Shown here piece after piece: positions 1-12,600 of a stretch of 64,000 nt of DNA. The translations under genes were made by a program, and so were the position numbers. The stretch's first letter is position 1. Every line of letters begins with the position of its first letter. The stretch is from NCBI GenBank assembly GCA_965153455.1, contig OZ234494.1, forward strand, positions 806,001 through 870,000. Reading direction: 5' to 3'. The notes under the pieces were generated by a model, which saw nothing but the letters and a program-made list of their open reading frames with translations, was not told where the DNA came from and did no database searches. This stretch comes from Sphagnum compactum. Its lineage: Eukaryota.

Positions 1-699
1 CAACAAGCTAGTCATTTATCATGCAAAGGTCTTACTTGTAGGTAATTTGCAAATATTTGAGACTCTCCTAATTTAATGATTATACAATGACTTCAACAAA
101 CTATATTGAACTTGAAAACCATGTTTAGGTAGGAATTGGGTTTGTTTTTCCTCCAAAATTTACAATGTACACACAAGTTGTCTACAAAAACAACTGCATC
201 AATTAAGTTGCAGAAAGACTTTTGAGCTGAAAAGGCTTTATCATTTTCAATGGGGTTAATATATACATCAGAATTTGATGGATCCCATAAGATCCCAGGA
301 GAGTGAAAAATGATTTTTAAAAAAAAGTCTCAAACGCCCAACTTCTCATGATTTCAATTGCATTGATGAGAAAGAAGACATATGCTGTTATGTATATATA
401 TATAAAGATATATAAAGAGAGACATAGGGAGAAGACGATTGCATTTAAATTGACTCTTTCAAATTCACCTTCATAAAAACAAAAAAAAATGAATGTAAAG
501 AAAATAAAAAAAACCCATAAGGATAACAACAATGAAATGCAAGTATGTTATATGTGGCATGTGATTGATAAAATTTTCATTACCTAGAATTAAAATAATA
601 GACTTTGTACAGTGCCATCAATTGAAGTAAAGAAAGTTATGTTTGTGCTGCATGCATACGGTCGATGTGTTTGTCTCTACTACCACAGACGACGTCTTT

Positions 700-1125
700 G
701 TCCGTCCTTCCTTGGCGTGAACTGCAAACAACAACAGCTTCCACCCATCCAACAAAGACTCCGTAAACGGCGCTCTTCATGAGCGCATTCTCGATCTCTT
801 CCCATCATCATGGGGCCCATAGGATAGCCGTGCTCCACCCATCCACCAAGGACTCCTCAAACGGCGCTCTTCATGATGTGTCTCCCTTCCCATCATGGGG
901 CCGCATAGTGTACGTACGTACGTAGATGTCCGTCCTTTCTTCGCATGCATGACAACCAGTTGTTCCCATGATCAACCAAGTGCTCCTTAAACCAGGCTCT
1001 TGATCATGATGTGAATTCTCCATTCACATCACGCGGGTGGGCAGTACGTCGCTCTTATCATGATGTGCATTCTCTCTTCACATCACACGGCCGCCCCGTG
1101 CGTCACTCGAAGCTCTTAAACTGCT
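700..1125. repeat. Diverged local tandem repeats (~110-bp units) built on the motif TCCACCCATCCA..GACTCC..AAACGGCGCTCTTCATGA..TTCCCATCAT
   Basis: The motif recurs near 740-815, 835-900, 960-1030 and 1050-1090 with progressive decay. GTCCGTCCTT occurs at both 700 and 928. Confidence 0.6.
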
Positions 1126-2494
1126 TCATCGTATTGAAAGGCCATCATCCAGCCCATTTGCAACATCACACTTTCCTCATTTCCTCTTCTTCACCGTCTG
1201 CGTTTTGCATTCCAGTAGCTTGTCTATTCGTTTGTTTGTTTGCTTTCTTTGGCGTTCGTTCGTTCGTTTGCTTGTTTGCTTTAGCGAGCAGCTTGAGTAT
1301 CGAAGTCTATTACTTAGAGTATTTACCTACTTCATGTCTCTGCCGATCCTCTCAGTCATACTCGATCCGCATCTGACCGACTCGCCGGTAAAGGAATGAG
1401 AGGATTATCATCTCTGTTTCGCCTGAGGTCGGGAATAAAATTACGAGCACTATGTTGTGTTCTTGGATTGCTTGTAGTTCCATTCCCTATCTCGCGAGAA
1501 GCAGAGAGGACAATCCTGGTGGTTCATAGCTGCAAGGTTGCCTCTTTGTTCGAGGTCGGGTAGCACGCGGATCAACTCATGTTTCAGGAATTTCGCATCT
1601 TCCTCCATGCTTGATCGATGAGGGCGCTCTAACGTGCATATGGTTTGCAAGGTATTACATATACTTTCTTTTAACTTCCCGTGAACCAGAATGTCTTAAG
1701 CTTGTTGCAGCGTGACTGTTGCTAGCTGTGCATGCTGAGGAGCCTCATGCACAGAAATTGCCTTGTTACTTTTTATAAGACTATATATCGCTGGTTGAGA
1801 AAGGATCTGCTATAAGACAATGCATTGTGCGGGATCAACTCTGGGGGGCCAGGTCTTTATTTTTGTAATCGTGGATATGTTCTCCTTGCTGTTGAGATCT
1901 TTTTGGTGTCTGTATACTAATGAGGGAAATTTGCAGTTACCTTGTACGTTTCCTGCGTCTTGGAGTTTGGAGTGTTCAATAGTGAAATATGGTATGTGCT
2001 TCGACTAGCGATCTGTGTGTTATGATCTGGGTTGGTTCTGATTTCATGGCACCTGACAGACGATAGACGAGGCGGAAATGGGGGTTTTGGGTGCAGGGGT
2101 GCGGAATCAATGCTTGAACTATGTCTCTTTTTTGAATCAGAAGCAAGACGTGCTGGCGGTTGGAATGCCCTTACATATCTTGGCTAAAAAAATTCCTCCA
2201 TCTTGTGGACAGCACCAGTAGTATGGATATAGCTTCAATACATTATAAGCAGTTTGGTGAGACTTGTACAATGTAAACTCATCATGAATGATGGACAGGA
2301 ATCTTGGTCAGCTGCATTTTGTATATAAATCTCTCTGGGACTGTCCAAGCTCATGAACAATGATAGGATTTCCATTTTTCAGCTTCTCCTTCTGGACATG
2401 TCTTTTAGTTCTGTGGCCGAGTCTTCTGTTTCAACTATGGTGCTTGTAATTGATATTCACATTTGTTTACGTATAAGATCATGAACTGATTTAG

Positions 2495-2790
2495 CGCCTA
2501 CCTACTTATGGTTATGTACGCCTACCTAGTTTATATATATATATATATATGTTTCAAAATATAATTAATATGCCATGTGACAAATTTTGATTGTGCCGCA
2601 TGTCACAATTTCGAACCATCATTAACAATCATAATGGACAATGGAGATCAATGTTTTAAAAAACAAATAATTTTTATGTCAAAAAACTTCATAATGGCAC
2701 ATGTTAAATTTTAATGGATGAATGATAATTGATGATGTTAGAATGACATCATGGGTGTAGTTATAACGGAATTGCATAGTAGTTGAAAAT
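2495..2790. repeat. Dispersed repeat segment, probably a DNA-transposon end; inverted copy at ~59830-60130
   Basis: ATATGCCATGTGACAAATTTTGAT...ATGGAGATCAATGTTTT...CATAATGGCACATGTTAAATTTTAATGGATGAATGA matches the reverse complement of 59890-60060. Both copies are flanked by CCTA/TAGG microsatellite-like runs. Confidence 0.65.
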
Positions 2791-5700
2791 AAGTTCCAAG
2801 GTGTTGATAGCAATGTCACTTAACAAATTAAGCAAAAAAAATGTAAGGAGATGACAACCAATTTTCAACATTATTCACAATAGGCATATATGGGTAAGAC
2901 CTTGGATCGTTAAGTTGGTCTAATGGGCCATTTAGTGTATGCCCAAGTTTATTTTGGTTTGGCCAAGAGTGACACAAAGTGGTTGCTTTCAAAATATTTT
3001 ATTGGAATTCCTTTTGCAATCTCATCGATAATTTTGTTTTGTCCTTTATGTATCATTGGATAGTAAACCCACCTTGTCAAATAGAAAAATATTGTTGCAA
3101 TTATAATTTTCATGTTTTAGATTTGAAAGACTGTGGAGTGTTATGGTGGGTGGAAACTTTTGCTGAAATGGCATGCAAGTGCTAAAGTTTACATATTGTT
3201 ATATGCACGGCTTAAATTTTAAACTTATTGTTTATACACCTTACTGGTCAATGCATGGTTTTCTCTATGATCTAGTGATGAGGAACCTGCTCTCTCAACT
3301 CTCACTTTCTCTTTAGTTATCCATGGAGGTTTAGGGTTTATCATAGCAAAGCATGAGGTTGGCTAATGTGACCTAGGACATGAGTTTTTGATACCTAAAT
3401 ATGAATTTCATTAGCCTTCTTAAAGTTGGAGAACCCCTTTGCTTTTATTGTTGTACTATTTGTATCCAAAATCAATGATCAAGTGCAGAGGTTCGGAATC
3501 TGCTACATGAGCATGCCTATGGAACATATTAAAAAATTGTATCATTTGTCAAACCAAAGTAAAGGATGTTATTTCGTGTGAATATTCAATACAATTCATA
3601 TAACTGGTAAATCCATAAAGTCAAACTTACAACAATGCCATTTTTGTATATTTGGTTGTTTCTTGTAGGCCACACCTTGCATAGTCAATTTTTCTCAAAC
3701 CTTGAGGAAAAGATAATGTCTTTTGAACTTCATGTTGTGTGTCCTTGCAAAGCTTTGTGCAAAGGTGGGAGAAGCGGCTGCACAAGGCTTGGAGGTACAT
3801 GAGTTGCATCTAAATGGGCCTTAAATCCATAAGGTAGTGGGGTGCATTCACAGTATAATGAGCCACACCCAACTCTTTTGTTCCTTTCAAAACGACAAAG
3901 GCTTGGAATTTGAAATTGAGATGGCATGCAACCATTGCACAAAATTTATGGTTTAATCACATATTTGACTTGTACAATATATTTTTATAATAAAATTTAG
4001 TTTCTTTGAATTACAACTTATGTTTATATTTATCCAAGAGTTATTGGAAAAAAATTACAGATTCTAAATTTTGTAATTTGTTTATATATCAATTCCAATG
4101 ATGATCCAAAATCATGTAAAGTCTAATAATTATTCAATCTACATGAATATAATTTTTTTTCAAACAAATCTAGATTAATTTTGATCATTATTATGTGACT
4201 TATTTAGGACCTCATGATTGGTTACAAGTGTTTAATTAATCATTTTCACACTAAAATGTTGATATAATTGATTCATATTTTTATATGTCATTCTTGAATG
4301 TATATTACATCACACTATGTAGATTACATGAAAAACATTTAATCTTAAGTTAAATTAAAAATTGACAAATGTGTTCTTTAGTAATGGTTATACTTGCAAT
4401 GGTTCATTATATTGTAGACTTGCCTAGTGATGCCTAACATGTCTTTAACTATTGGAATTGATTGATGGGTTTTATGGATGGGGAATTGGCAAATCTGGAG
4501 GAGTTGTTACTGCTAATACATCTTTCAATGATGGGTGGGCTACAAATCGCAATTCATAAAAGGTTTGTGTTAATTATTTAAGTGTAATGAAAAGAACAAG
4601 GTGGAAGCAAGAGTGGCGGAGGCCAATGGGTTCAAGCCAAGTTTAGACGATACAGAGCTTCTTGTAAAGGGGTTTGAAAAATTGATCATCCATGTGGAGA
4701 AAGTTTGTTATTGTAAGTTGTCATTGATCCTTGAAATCTCGGGTTTTAGTTTGGGTTTCATGGTGACTAAAAGCTAGTAAGTTCCTTGTGAAGGCTAACA
4801 ATAACATAATGTATTAAATTTAGGCATATTTTTGGTCTCATTTGCCATGTGCAAATTGGTATTTCTTTGTAGAGTTTTTCATAAAAGACTTTGTTTAATT
4901 GCAAAAGGTTGGAATCATGGTGTTGGATGTTTTTTATGCAAAACATGCTTATGACGTTTCTATGTGCTGGAAATAATTGCAAAGGTTCCTAACTTTGGTA
5001 AGTTGTGTGATAATTCAACTATTTGATATAAAGGTGATAAATAACTTGACAAGTATATATATAAATGGGCTAAAATTATTAATTGTCCCATTGATTAATG
5101 AGGGATAGTTTTGGTGGGGCTCATGGCAAATTAATTTTAAAAGTATTTATTGTGGTATCTTACCCATTTGTGAACATGCATAACCAGGTACAATTTTAAT
5201 TTTTTTCCATTTTCCCATTGGCATCCAATGACCTGCTAATCATGAATGTTGCAAACATAATGTTCAAGATGTTATTCTACAAGATGCAGTGACAAATGGT
5301 GGGTGAAAATAAAGGATAGACCTACTTGCAAAGTTTGCCATAAGACATGACCACTACAAACCTTACCCTAGGAAAGGAAATGACAAAGGAAGGAAGATAA
5401 GATTAAGGATTAATTTGCTTGCAAGGAACACCGAGACCTTTCAATTTGCCACGTTTTATTCTTTAGGAAGTCTTGCACCCCAATCTTTCCTATGGTTACA
5501 AATGTCATGGAAAAAACTATCAACGTATGCACATATTAAGCATTAGCCAACATGGTAGTTTAATACCAACCCCATCAAAAGAGGAGAATATATTTTCTTG
5601 AACCAAAAAAGAACTGAAATCTCAAGTTCAAAATAACATCCATGTATATGTATGACAAAGGTCCCAAACCCCCAGGATAGAATACTTGCAAATCCAGACC

Positions 5701-7452
5701 CTATATGAAGACCCCCTTATGGTGATTGGAAGGAATAGGGGGGGGTGGGGGGTTTCAAGGAAATTGCAAGTGCTCAAATTGCATTTGTGAATGCTGAAAG
5801 ATTCAAACCCTAACATATGTGGAAGGCCTAACATCATTTAAGGCAATTTTTTTGACCCAATTCTTTGATTTTTTTTAAGAACCCTGATTAAGGATCAAAA
5901 TCAATTTTATGGTTTTTTTGAACCTTCGGTCACGAGTCACAACTAGTTTATTGATTTTGAAAACCATCAATCAAGGGCATACTATCCCTTACCTTCATTT
6001 CTTGGTTCCAAGTTCAATAAATGATAACCACCAAATGCTAAAACAAACTTTTAAAAATAATTTCATTTATTTAACCACAATATATAATATGTTTTTCTTT
6101 TTCTTTTTAATGATTTGTATTAAGGTTTTTCTTTTCAAATTTCTGAGGTAGGTGGATTAGCAATCATTAAAAATAGGATTTAACCAAATTTGGCCACAAA
6201 TTATAGAGCAAATTAGATTTTCTTTTGAAATCATGCTATATAATATTTTCAAGACATCCTAGAAATTATGTCTAAATTCTCTTAAAAATAAGGTTTTCTT
6301 CAAATTTGGGCCATTTCTTCAAAAAACCATTTGTAAGATTTGTACCCTCTTTATTTTTCTTACCAAGCAGCAAAATTTTCTAAAAAAATAATTTGTTGGT
6401 TTGTAAACAACAAGGTTTATAGGATAATTGTAAAAAATATACACAAAGATATGGGGTATATCAAGTAAGCTTATTCCTAATGATGAAAAAAAAAAAGCTT
6501 ACATGGCCAATCAAATTGTTAAAATGCAAGCCTTGAATTTTTTTTGAGTTAACTTCAGTAAGTTGGAAATTAAATGTTGTAATAACATCATGAACTTGTA
6601 TCAAAAAATTTATTCAAGGTGTTCATTATATTAACAAACAAGATTATGGCACATTGTTGTTTGTTTATTTTCCTAGTAATTGTTTTGTCAAATGCTAATT
6701 TCTACAGTTTTTCATCCTAGATTATGCAATAATGTAATCATATAATGTTTTAAACAAGTACCAACCCAATCATGGAGGTAGTCATGGAGTAGGGTTTATT
6801 AGTATTCTATGAATATGAATTCATTCACTCATTGTATTAGTTAATTTTTGTAACTATTAAAAATTTTCAAAAAGAAAAGATATTGTTTGATACACATGTT
6901 TGCACCATGCATTACACCATATACAAAAATATGTAATACTACATTACATTATCTATCATTTTGCATTTTGAATTTAATTCTTTATTAATTTAAAAAAGAT
7001 AAAATGCAAATATAATCTTCTTTTTTTTGTGAGATTCTTGAATTGACATTAAATAATTTTCAATTAATCCAGAGCTTTTTTCCCCAGTCATTGGGTTATA
7101 GTGTTTCAAATATCATTTGTTGATACCATTGTTATTATTTGTTGGCATTTTGTCATTCCTTGTCGACATTCCAATCTTTTTGTTATTTCCCATCTTTCAT
7201 CATCCTTGGTGTTATTATCATCCTTCTGTTGTTTGAATGTGTTTTTGTTACTGATTGAGCTTAGGTCATTCCCGGATCAAAACATCATGCTAATTTGAAT
7301 TTTGATTAAAGATGTTCAAATTTGAAAACGTTTGTTAATTTAACACCCCATCTTGCACTAGCAACAACTATAATGATTTAAAAGCTCAAGAAACTTTGAA
7401 AATATTAAACATGTCAAGTCTTCATTAATTTTTAAGAAGACCAAAGTTGAAA

Positions 7453-7496
<44 letters not shown>

Positions 7497-8266
7497 ATTT
7501 AAAAATAATTAAAAGGAAGAAAAAATGATTTACCCATTCCAAGGAGAAAATGGTTAAAATGGGCAAATTGAAAATGTCCAAAAGTCATGTGTGAAGATAT
7601 TAAAAAATTGTTAGATGTTGTTTCCCCTTAAATATTAATGAATATGATAATTATTCATTAATATTTATTAAATATAATTACTTTCATAAACAAAAAATTG
7701 ATAAAATATAATGTAAACATGTCAATTTTGATAAATGGTTTAATGAATATTTCATTTTCAATTTCGATTTGGATATGTTTCTAATTTTGATTAAAAGGTG
7801 TCCATTAAAATAATACAAAAGTTTTTATGATTTTAATGTTTTAATGTTTTTTACATTTTATTTAATTAATAAATTTTAATTAATGTAAATTTATTATAAT
7901 ATTAAAATTTCGATTAAAACCATTATTAAATTGAAATCACAAAAAAGACAAAGTCTTAATAGTTGTCAATAATTTGGTTTTAAAATTGTAATTATAAAGA
8001 AATTCATATTGATTTACTTGTAAATTGATTTTCAATACAAATCAAAAACTACTATCATGTGAAATCTAATGTTACCACTTGTTGAAATTATGAACATTAT
8101 ACAAATTAATCAATGTCAAATCTATTAAAGAATGTATGGATATAGAGTGTGATTTAATGGTTTAAAATACACCAAAACATGTTCTTCCTTTCATATTAAA
8201 AAAAAATGTTGAAATTTAAAGACATGTAAGACAATTTACAATCATGATATGTAAATTAAAAAATAA

Positions 8267-9190
8267 CTAGTTTGAACCCCGTGCCTAATGCACAGGTGTG
8301 TAATTTCAACAATGTTTGGTTCATGTTTTAGTTTTTTTTTATAACTTTTATCTTCTTTTTTTTAATGTGTTTTCTGTTTTTTATTATTATTTTGTATAAT
8401 AAAAATAAAGTGTTTCTTTTTCACTTTTGTATTTTTGTTGATTTGGGTGCAAGTTTGAAGTTTGGAGAAAGAAGACACACCTCATTCTTTTTCAAGTAGG
8501 GTTTTTCTTCATTATTATAAGTTTTATTTTTTCTTATTTTCTGCTCTTTATTTGGTTTTTTTCTTCTTTTTTAATTTTTTTTCTTTTAAAATGATTTTAC
8601 CTGTACTTCCCTTTCCTTGTTTCATTTGTTTCCATTCCTTTTTCATAGTTTTTGTGTTTTTACTTTTTTTTGTTTATGTTTGTTTCATGTTTTAAATTTT
8701 TCTATTCTTATTTTGTCTATCTTCATTTTTTTTCTATTTTTATGCATTTATTTATTTATTTAGTTTCTATTTTCTTTTCCAAAAAAATCTAGTGTTTCTA
8801 ATATGTTTTATAAAAAAAAATTATTTTTGTTTGATTAGATGCAAGTTTAAAGTTTGGAAAAAGAAGACAAATCTCATTATTTTTTTTCAAGTATCGTTTT
8901 TTTCCTCTTTCTTTTGCTCTCTGTTTTGTCTCTTATTTTTTGTCATCTACTTTTAAATTTTCTTTTAAGATTATTTTATTGTATTTCCCTTTTTTGTTTC
9001 ATGTTTTAAGTGTTTACAAAAAGTTTCTAATTGTTAAAGTGTTTTTCTGTTTTTATTTGTTTTTTTAGTTTTTTCCCCTTTTAAAATATATATTTGTTCT
9101 GTTTGGATGGATGACAGACGGATGACAGGATGGATGACGGACAGATGGATGGAAAGCTTCATTTCATCCCGACGTCCTTTACTATATGTA
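8267..9190 (-). mobile_element. Non-autonomous Helitron-like element
   Basis: On the minus strand the end reads CCTGTGC-ATTAG-GCACGGG (hairpin), then GTTCAAA-CTAG|T, the canonical Helitron 3' terminus. The other end has a (TCCA/TCCG)-type microsatellite and a degenerate TAYATATAGTAAAGG start. There is an internal duplication (8440-8500 vs 8830-8890), and the same terminus recurs at 39063. Confidence 0.7.
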
Positions 9191-9682
9191 ATTAATTATG
9201 ATTCAATATTCATCTTTCAAAACATAAATGAAATTTTATTAGCAACCTATTCAGCTTCAACATGTAGTTGAATGAAAAGGTGAAACACAAATGCACTTGA
9301 ATGTGAAATGTGCATCCTCAATTTGCACCCTTTTGGTCATCTTTGGAAGGTCCTTAGTCCCAATGTTGTTTGCATCGTCCAAGTGATTTAACCTTGAAAT
9401 TTGAATGTGATCCAATGTGTGTAGCATAGCTAGGCCACATAAAACACACTAATTACTACCTCAAGTCGAACTACAATCTAAGTACATCACATTCTAGTCG
9501 ATACAATCCAACAATATTTACACTCAAAAAAGGAGATTTTCCACTTCCTTCAGGGGAGATGTTTGCTCTATTTATTCGAGTTATGGTTGGGTTTCGGGAT
9601 CAAAATCCTAAGACAAAAATCTAGACTCTCAAGTGAAAGTCTGTCTCTCTTGACTCCATCATACACACTTAGTAGATGGGAT

Positions 9683-12600
9683 TTATACCTTCCCTGTGTA
9701 CTTAAAGTGCAGATCATAATCACGCCGCAATGTCATCAATGCACTCCGTCTTCCACCCTCTGCAATTTGCAAAACCCAACTGAGAAAACCTCCCACATAT
9801 AACAAGATATAAACAATGACCATCCTTTGTCTTTGGCATGCTGACAATGCAATCAATCCAATACAACACAAAATAAAGATTGAATCTCATTAGTGTTAGT
9901 CATGCAAAAAAAATGAAAAGCAGTTCCAGAAACTGCCAAATCCACACAATCTTCTGGAAAATCAACTTTCTTGCCAGTGAAATCTCCCCTGATGTCCTCC
10001 AATAGGGGCTAGCTATGAGATTCTAGAATATGACTTGGACCCATTAGAGGCATACCTCCAAAAGCCGCATGCAGTTGCTGAAGATCATTTGTGGAGCAGG
10101 CATCAAGCAGTGCATATGCACCTGGTCGTAGTGCACTATCCACTTCTCTGTCCAAATTGAAAAGAGCACATAGGGGTGAGTTATTCAACTATCACAAAGT
10201 CAATATGGTGTACTTAGTGCATAAAAAACTTCAGATGAGAATATTTGCTGGCAAATGGGAAAGAGAAGGCATCAGCAAACAGACGATATAATTCCAGACC
10301 TGTTGAGGCTGACTCCAGAAGCACCATATCCAGAAAGAACATTTAGATAGTCAGCAAGAATATGGCAGCAGTATTTCCCCATCGTCTCCTTATGCTCCCC
10401 CATCTGCAGCATCACCCAAAAAGAAGATCAAAGGACTGGCCTTTCACAAATGCAAGTCTTCAACCAATACACAAAGAGAATCCACCAAAAGAATTAAATT
10501 TCATGAATATTGAGAAATAACGAAAGCCAGTACACAGTGAGAATCAGCCAAAAGAACCATGAAAAATTACATAAGTACCAATGATTCTGAGCCCTGCAAA
10601 CAGAAACCACATCTTATTGTGACTAGTTGTAAGTGTACAGTGACATGACAATGGTTCCAAAGATGACCTCTTCGTATACTCGCCGCAACCAACTTGCACA
10701 ATGAGCAGCGCTAGCAACTGTGGAGACTGAAGGAGGAACATTCTCAAGTGAAATTGCCCAATTGGGGGCTGTTAAGCACTGTAGCAAAACCCGCGCAGAC
10801 TCTCCAAGCAAAGCCATGCTGTGTCCACATTCCCTGCTCGCCCCAGCCTTCCCATCACATGTCATCCTGCAGTTGTTACTGGCATTTGTGCAAGCATGCT
10901 AAGTCAGAAAGTACAACATTCAGAAATGTTTGATGATGAAATACTTGCCTCAGATGATGACGAAGAAGTGCACAGAGTAGCCGACAGCATGCAACATACA
11001 GTGTAATAACGTTCTCACTGAAGACTCCTGTGAATGAATCTTTTGTAACAGATCTCTGTTGTGATCCCCCTGCTTGCAAGTGCAAATTCTGCAGTGCCAT
11101 CAATTTTGCCATACCCTTTTCACAAAAGGGCCTGAAGAGTGAGGCAGGGCACTGGAGCCCAAGAGCCACATGGCAGGCCCTCATTGGGAAGATCACTGCA
11201 CGAGATGCCAGCCTTATCAGGACCTCCAAACTTTGTAGAACTACAGACACTGAATTCACCTTAGTGAAGCTCCTGCCTACTGCATCAGGTTTGTGTGTAT
11301 CTTCTTCAATGAAAAGAGAGGGTCTTTGTAAGTGCACTATCAAATTGAACAGAGCTCCAAAGAATGTTGGGCAATGGTTGGCCAACAAGTGCAATCGGGT
11401 TTTGCCTGCATAATCAAAAACCAGCCCACAATAGCAGTAAGTGCTCTCATTGTCTTGCAAAGTTGGAGGGATCTCAGACCTTGAGTTTCATATGCCCTAA
11501 AAGATTCTGAATTGCAAAAGCAAAAAAAAATGTAAAAATAGCCTACCTGAAACAGCCTGCAGGGCAATTCCCAGGCAGTCCACGCCTGCTGCAACAACAG
11601 CTCCAGCTTGTCCTGGGTGAAGGCCATCACCTGGATTGGACTTGACCCATACTCCGGCCATTGCTTTCTCAATAGACTGTAAGGCAAGTACCATATGATG
11701 CCTTGGAGCAAATCTCAATAGCCTCTCAAATGACCCACTTAGTGCAAAGGCTAAATGCTTTGAGGAACAGGTTTCTGAAGCACTTGTGTCACACCCTAGT
11801 TCCAGCATCCAGAAACTTTGAGCATGGCTGCTGTCCCAATCACCAGTTGTAATTCTTTTCTCCAGCTCAAGATCAAATTGTCGGGTGCTGCCTCTTGAAG
11901 GATTCTTGGAGTAGGACTTCACAACACCCATCAGGATCAAATGCAAGTCAACAAGCTTGAGGAAATCCAGAGGTGCAATGAATGGCCTCATACATGGCAG
12001 AAAGCTTCCAACTGAATCAACATATTTTACAACCCCTACAACCCAATTCAAGTCCATGTCATGCCCTGATTGAATCTGTTGTGCTGCTCCAGATAACAGC
12101 CAAAATGCAGCTCCCAAGTGATCATTCATGGAAGGAGGAGGAGAAGTTTTCAGGTCATCAAGTTGAGCTGATGAAGCAGAGTTTGAGAATGAAGCAAAAG
12201 GAGAAAAAAACAAGCTTCGAAGTCTGACAAGTGCTGCCATGGCAATGAATAGCTCACCAACAAGCTCTGATCTTTCCCTCATTTTTCCTTCCAGAATGCT
12301 TTGCAGTAAAGAAACCTGTGCAGAATCTGAAATTCCCCCAAAGCTTTCAATGTCCATGCCTTCCCTCTCCAAGAAATGTATATCAAATTCTGTCTGCATA
12401 GGCTCTTTTTCTTTACCCTCGTCCTCAAGAGCTTCTTCTTCATCCACCAGGTTCTCCACCATTTGTTCAACTAGCATCTCTTCATTGCTTGGTGCCTCAT
12501 CAGTACACATCAAGTGTTCACCAACAACAGCATCCTTTTGATTTACTTCTCCAAATTCTGTCTCTTCCATGTTTTTGACCACACTGAAATCAACACCCTC

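Noticed and set aside
3180-5600. Possible degenerate transposon coding region
   Set aside because: It looks like decayed coding sequence, but I could not recognise a diagnostic motif, so it is left unassigned.
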